DNA of 62,000 bases from Hyalangium minutum (GTDB taxonomy: Bacteria; Myxococcota; Myxococcia; Myxococcales; Myxococcaceae), in contig NZ_JMCB01000005.1 of assembly GCF_000737315.1 (NCBI RefSeq), positions 144,001 through 206,000 on the forward strand, in the 5' to 3' direction. Under the pieces are notes generated by a model, which saw only the letters and a list, made by a program, of their open reading frames with translations, was not told where the DNA came from and did not search any database. Below are positions 58,456 through 62,000 of this stretch, in pieces (position 1 is the stretch's first letter; each line of letters begins with the position of its first letter). The position numbers and the translations under genes are program-made.

Positions 58456-61401
58456 TCAGCCTCCCTCCGCGTTTCGCGCGACCGGCGCTGGCATCGAAGG
58501 GGCCGCGGAGGCGCGGGCCTGAGGCATCGGCGCGGACTCCGTCTCAGGGTGGAGTAGCTGCATCGGAGCCTGGCCCTGCGTCGGACCGGGGGCGGGAGGC
58601 GTAGGGCCGGTCTCCGGAGCGCCCTGCTTCGGCGTGGGCGCCTGGGTTGGCACCTGGCCCGGATCCGGCGCCTGCACCTGCTCGCGGGGCGCCAATTTGT
58701 AGGCCTCGTAGGCGGAGAGCAGGTCCTTCATGAAGGAGGCGGCCAGTTGCTCGTAGCCAGGCTGTGTCAGGTGCGTGCCGTCCTCGTGGCCCAGGGCCGG
58801 CTCAGCGCGCTGCCAGCGCAGCATGGAGCGCTCACCGCCCATCGCCGCCCGGGCGGACCAGTAGGCACAGCCCGCCTCGTGGGCCACCGCCGGGAGCGTG
58901 GTGAGCACCCGTCCCAGCGCGCTCGCCTCCGTCCAGCGCCCATTCGCGTCCTGCATCAGCCGGTCCGTTGGGCCGATGAGCAGGCACTCCGCGCCCGTGG
59001 AGGCGCGCAGCCGTGAGAGCAGGGCCACGTACTCTTTGTGCCATGCCTCCGGGTCGAGATCGGGCAGGCCCGCCTCGTTGGTTCCGTACCAGAGCACGAG
59101 CAACTGCGGCTTGCGCGACGTGAGCTGCTTCTCCAGCGCCGCTGGCTCTTCGCGGCTGAGCGTGAACGCCGTACTGCCAGGAAGGCCGGCGGAGTCGAAG
59201 GTGACGCCGGGCTGCTCGAAGTCCAGAGCTGCGCCGAGCACCGTGATGGGACCTCCTCCTGCGTTCGTGACTTCAATCGAGTGCGCCGGGCCCGTGACAG
59301 GGAAGTGGCGGATGCGCACCGTGGCGGCAGTGACAGCCTCGGGCGGTGGCTCCTCGGCGGGGACTGCCTCGCCGTCGACCTTCACCTCCAGCTTCCCGGC
59401 TCCCGGCGCGTCCAGCCAGTACAGGGACAGCTGCGCCTTGGGCACCTTCGCGTCCTGGCAACCCTCGCAGAACGTCATGCGCAGCGAGGCCCCAGGCGCT
59501 CCCACCGCTCGGATGCCCGTGAGTCCCCAAGCCTCGCCAGGCTGGGCCTCGGGCTGCATCGCGTCCAGCACCTGCCACTCGCCCGTCAGCTCGCGCGACA
59601 CTTGCGCCGCCGCCAGCCGCTGGGAGGACTTGCCCGCCGCGATGAAGCCTCGCCCGCCGTCTCCGAACTTCTTGGTGAAGGTGCCACGGGCCGCGTCCGT
59701 GAAGAAGTGCGCCGCCGTGTGAGACGCGCCCAGCTGGACGATGCCCAGCCGCTCCGTGCTCTTCTTCTCCTCCAGCGCCCGCAGCCTCGCGAAGGTGCCC
59801 TTCAGCGCGGTGCTGCCCTCGATGAGCCCCGGCGGATCGTCCACCATGAGCAGCGGCTCGTGCTCCTTGGCATACGCACGCTGGAGCGCGAAGTCGAACA
59901 GGTGGCCCAGCAGGTCCGAGCCCCGGGCCCTCGGGTGCACCAGGTCCTCATTGAGCAGTCCCGTCGAAAGCCACTGGATCGAAGCGCCCTCGCCACCCAT
60001 CGCCGTCAGCGCGTCCCAGAAGGCACAGCCGCCCTCGCGCGCCACCTCGCGGAAGATGTCTCCCACTTCCTTCGAGCCCCGGCGCGGCACGAGCTCGCCA
60101 CCCATCGTTCGCACCGCCGCGTCGATCGGTGCCATCAACAGGCACGCCGCCTCCGGCACCGACTCGCGCACCTGCTTCACCAGCTCCGTCGCCTGGCTGC
60201 GGATCTCCTCGGGGGTGATGCGGTTGCGCGAGATGTAGAAGGCCTCGTTGCCGCCCACCATCAGCACCACCAGCGACGGCTTGCGGTGGCGCAGCTGCGA
60301 CCGGAAGGCGCCCTTCTGCGCTCGGAGGAAGACCTCCGCCGTCGCGCCCGGCAGGCCGATGGTGTCGTACACCACGCCCGGCTTGCCCGTCTCCAGCGAG
60401 ACACCGTGCAGCTCCACCTTCCCATACGTCTGCAGCGAGAGCGTCTTCGTGCCCTCGGGCAGCGCGAAGCGCGAGAACGCCACGCCCGGTAGCTCGAAGC
60501 GCGTCTGCAGGCGCTGCAGCGGCTTGCCGTCCGCGCTGAACTGCACCGAGCCGCCATCCGGCTTCGTCTGGAAGAACAGCTCCGCGAAGCGCGCGCCCTC
60601 GGCCGGGAAGCGCACGCTCGGATTGCCCGTGCCCGCAGACGCGAACGCCACGCCCGTGTAGCCCAGCTTGTCCTTGGGATAGTTCCGGTCGATGAGCCGG
60701 CTGATCTGCCAGCCCTCGCTCGCCGTGCCCGTGCGCACCGAGCGCCCCGCGCCCGTGGGCCGGTCCACCCAGAGGAACCCCTTGCCGCCCGAGCCGTGGC
60801 GCTCCTGCAGCCGCGCCCGGATCATGTCCGTGATGTGGTCCGAGGCAATCAGCGAGTCGCCCAGGTGCACCACCCTCACGGGTTGCTTCCGCCGGTCCTC
60901 GCGCAGCTCGTTCAAGGCCGTGAAGAACGGGGCCAGTCCGCTCTCCTCGCACCCGTTGGCCCCCATGCGCCGGCAGCCCAGCTCGATGTCCACGTGCTGC
61001 GAGCCCATCTTCTCGCGCAGCGTCTCCAGCGACAGCGCCCGGGCCCGCGTGAGCGTGGTCAGCCCCTCCAGGTCCGACGGCGGCGCCGTGGCCGCGGTGG
61101 GGGACTCCTCCTCAACGGTGGGCGTCTCCTCCTCGGGAACCGCGGGCTCCTCGGAAGGCGGCTGGGTGGGTACTCCCGCCAGCGCATCATCCTTGATAGG
61201 ACCTGACGAGCCCTTTCCCATCAGGGACTTGGGCAGCAACAGCTCCGCCAACCGTGGCGCCAGCGGTGCGTCCTTGCGCAAGGTAGGGATGGGACGAAAG
61301 GCCTCCGGCAGCGGCGCGAGGGAGAGTCCGAGCGCGAGCGCCGCCGTGAGGACGATTGTCCATCCCGTGGTTTTGGCCTTGGGGTCCAACTTGCCGAGCA
61401 T
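58456..61401 (-). CDS. Membrane-anchored protein with two tandem SGNH/GDSL domains (PatB-like)
   Basis: HLGDS...GGNEA...DLVH and QLGAS...GTNEA...DGTH; N-terminal TM. Confidence 0.82.
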   Translation of the reverse strand: MLGKLDPKAKTTGWTIVLTAALALGLSLAPLPEAFRPIPTLRKDAPLAPRLAELLLPKSLMGKGSSGPIKDDALAGVPTQPPSEEPAVPEEETPTVEEESPTAATAPPSDLEGLTTLTRARALSLETLREKMGSQHVDIELGCRRMGANGCEESGLAPFFTALNELREDRRKQPVRVVHLGDSLIASDHITDMIRARLQERHGSGGKGFLWVDRPTGAGRSVRTGTASEGWQISRLIDRNYPKDKLGYTGVAFASAGTGNPSVRFPAEGARFAELFFQTKPDGGSVQFSADGKPLQRLQTRFELPGVAFSRFALPEGTKTLSLQTYGKVELHGVSLETGKPGVVYDTIGLPGATAEVFLRAQKGAFRSQLRHRKPSLVVLMVGGNEAFYISRNRITPEEIRSQATELVKQVRESVPEAACLLMAPIDAAVRTMGGELVPRRGSKEVGDIFREVAREGGCAFWDALTAMGGEGASIQWLSTGLLNEDLVHPRARGSDLLGHLFDFALQRAYAKEHEPLLMVDDPPGLIEGSTALKGTFARLRALEEKKSTERLGIVQLGASHTAAHFFTDAARGTFTKKFGDGGRGFIAAGKSSQRLAAAQVSRELTGEWQVLDAMQPEAQPGEAWGLTGIRAVGAPGASLRMTFCEGCQDAKVPKAQLSLYWLDAPGAGKLEVKVDGEAVPAEEPPPEAVTAATVRIRHFPVTGPAHSIEVTNAGGGPITVLGAALDFEQPGVTFDSAGLPGSTAFTLSREEPAALEKQLTSRKPQLLVLWYGTNEAGLPDLDPEAWHKEYVALLSRLRASTGAECLLIGPTDRLMQDANGRWTEASALGRVLTTLPAVAHEAGCAYWSARAAMGGERSMLRWQRAEPALGHEDGTHLTQPGYEQLAASFMKDLLSAYEAYKLAPREQVQAPDPGQVPTQAPTPKQGAPETGPTPPAPGPTQGQAPMQLLHPETESAPMPQARASAAPSMPAPVARNAEGG

Positions 61402-61523
61402 GAGACTGGCTTTTTAGGGCCGGGTCAAAACTCTGATCACGGGTGTCCCGGTTGGGGGGCAGACAGGCACACAGGCGGTGAAGCTGCCGCCCGCATCTCC
61501 AAGAGGCTATGGTGCGCCGCCTC

Positions 61524-62000
61524 ATGGCTCTCTACCCCGTCATCATGGCCGGCGGCTCTGGCACCCGGTTCTGGCCCCTGTCCCGCCAAGCCCGTCCCAA
61601 GCAGTTCCTTCCTTTGGCCTCGAAGTATCCCCTGATCACCGACACGGCGGCCCGCCTCAAGGGGTTGGCCTCGATGAAGAACCTCTTCATCGTCTGCGGC
61701 CCCCTCCATGCCAAGGCCGCCTCCAAGCTCGTGAAAGGCCTGCCGAAGCAGAACCTCCTGGTAGAGCCGGTGGCCCGCAACACCGCCCCGGCCATCGCGC
61801 TCGCCACGGTGCAGGTGGCCGCCCGGGACCCGAAGGGAATCCTCATCGTCCTGCCATCGGACCACCACGTGGCCAACCCGGAGGGGTTCCGGCAGACGCT
61901 CGCGGAGGCTGCCCGGGTCGCCGAGGCCGGCCACATCGTCACCCTGGGCATCAAGCCCCACCGCCCCGAGACGGGCTACGGCTACATCCAGCTCGGCGAG
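61524..62000 (+). CDS. manC: Mannose-1-phosphate guanylyltransferase, N-terminal part (runs off window end)
   Basis: Manual translation: MALYPVIMAGGSGTRFWPLSRQARPKQFL...EPVARNTAPAI...LPSDH...TGYGYI. Confidence 0.9.
   Translation, partial: MALYPVIMAGGSGTRFWPLSRQARPKQFLPLASKYPLITDTAARLKGLASMKNLFIVCGPLHAKAASKLVKGLPKQNLLVEPVARNTAPAIALATVQVAARDPKGILIVLPSDHHVANPEGFRQTLAEAARVAEAGHIVTLGIKPHRPETGYGYIQLGE

Overview
High-GC (about 70%) myxobacterial-type chromosomal window, apparently Cystobacterineae-like, judged from gene content. No rRNA, tRNA, CRISPR array, integrase or transposase could be supported. Gene order: end of a Tad pilus cluster with a lipoprotein and a Ser/Thr kinase-TPR; an accessory block (sigma54-preceded Cys-rich mini-lipoprotein, VOC protein, Septu-like ATPase+HNH pair, SIR2-CHAT fusion); FHA-GAF-cyclase-like protein plus Ser/Thr kinase; transport genes (ABC ATPase, cstA, membrane spermidine-synthase-like, ClC-CBS, DUF1275); HIT; PIG-B-like mannosyltransferase; hprK-rapZ; an 8 kb block (methyltransferase, MCP, TonB-fused receptor plus lipoprotein, NrtX/NrtY-like pair with tandem operator); a complete mannose-class PTS; a minus-strand block (second Cys-rich mini-lipoprotein, MbnP/MbnH cluster, ABC ATPase, MgtC, MlaC-MMPL-lipoprotein); metK-ahcY; a structured intergenic segment; ychJ, uppP, Nudix; MBOAT with a tandem SGNH protein; start of manC. 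Best leads: two dispersed sigma54-preceded Cys-rich mini-lipoprotein genes with the same architecture, a SIR2 fused to an apparently dead CHAT domain beside a Septu-like pair, the NrtX/NrtY-like operon with a two-site operator, and a candidate structured ncRNA after ahcY. All assignments are by eye from motifs; no searches or folding programs were run.
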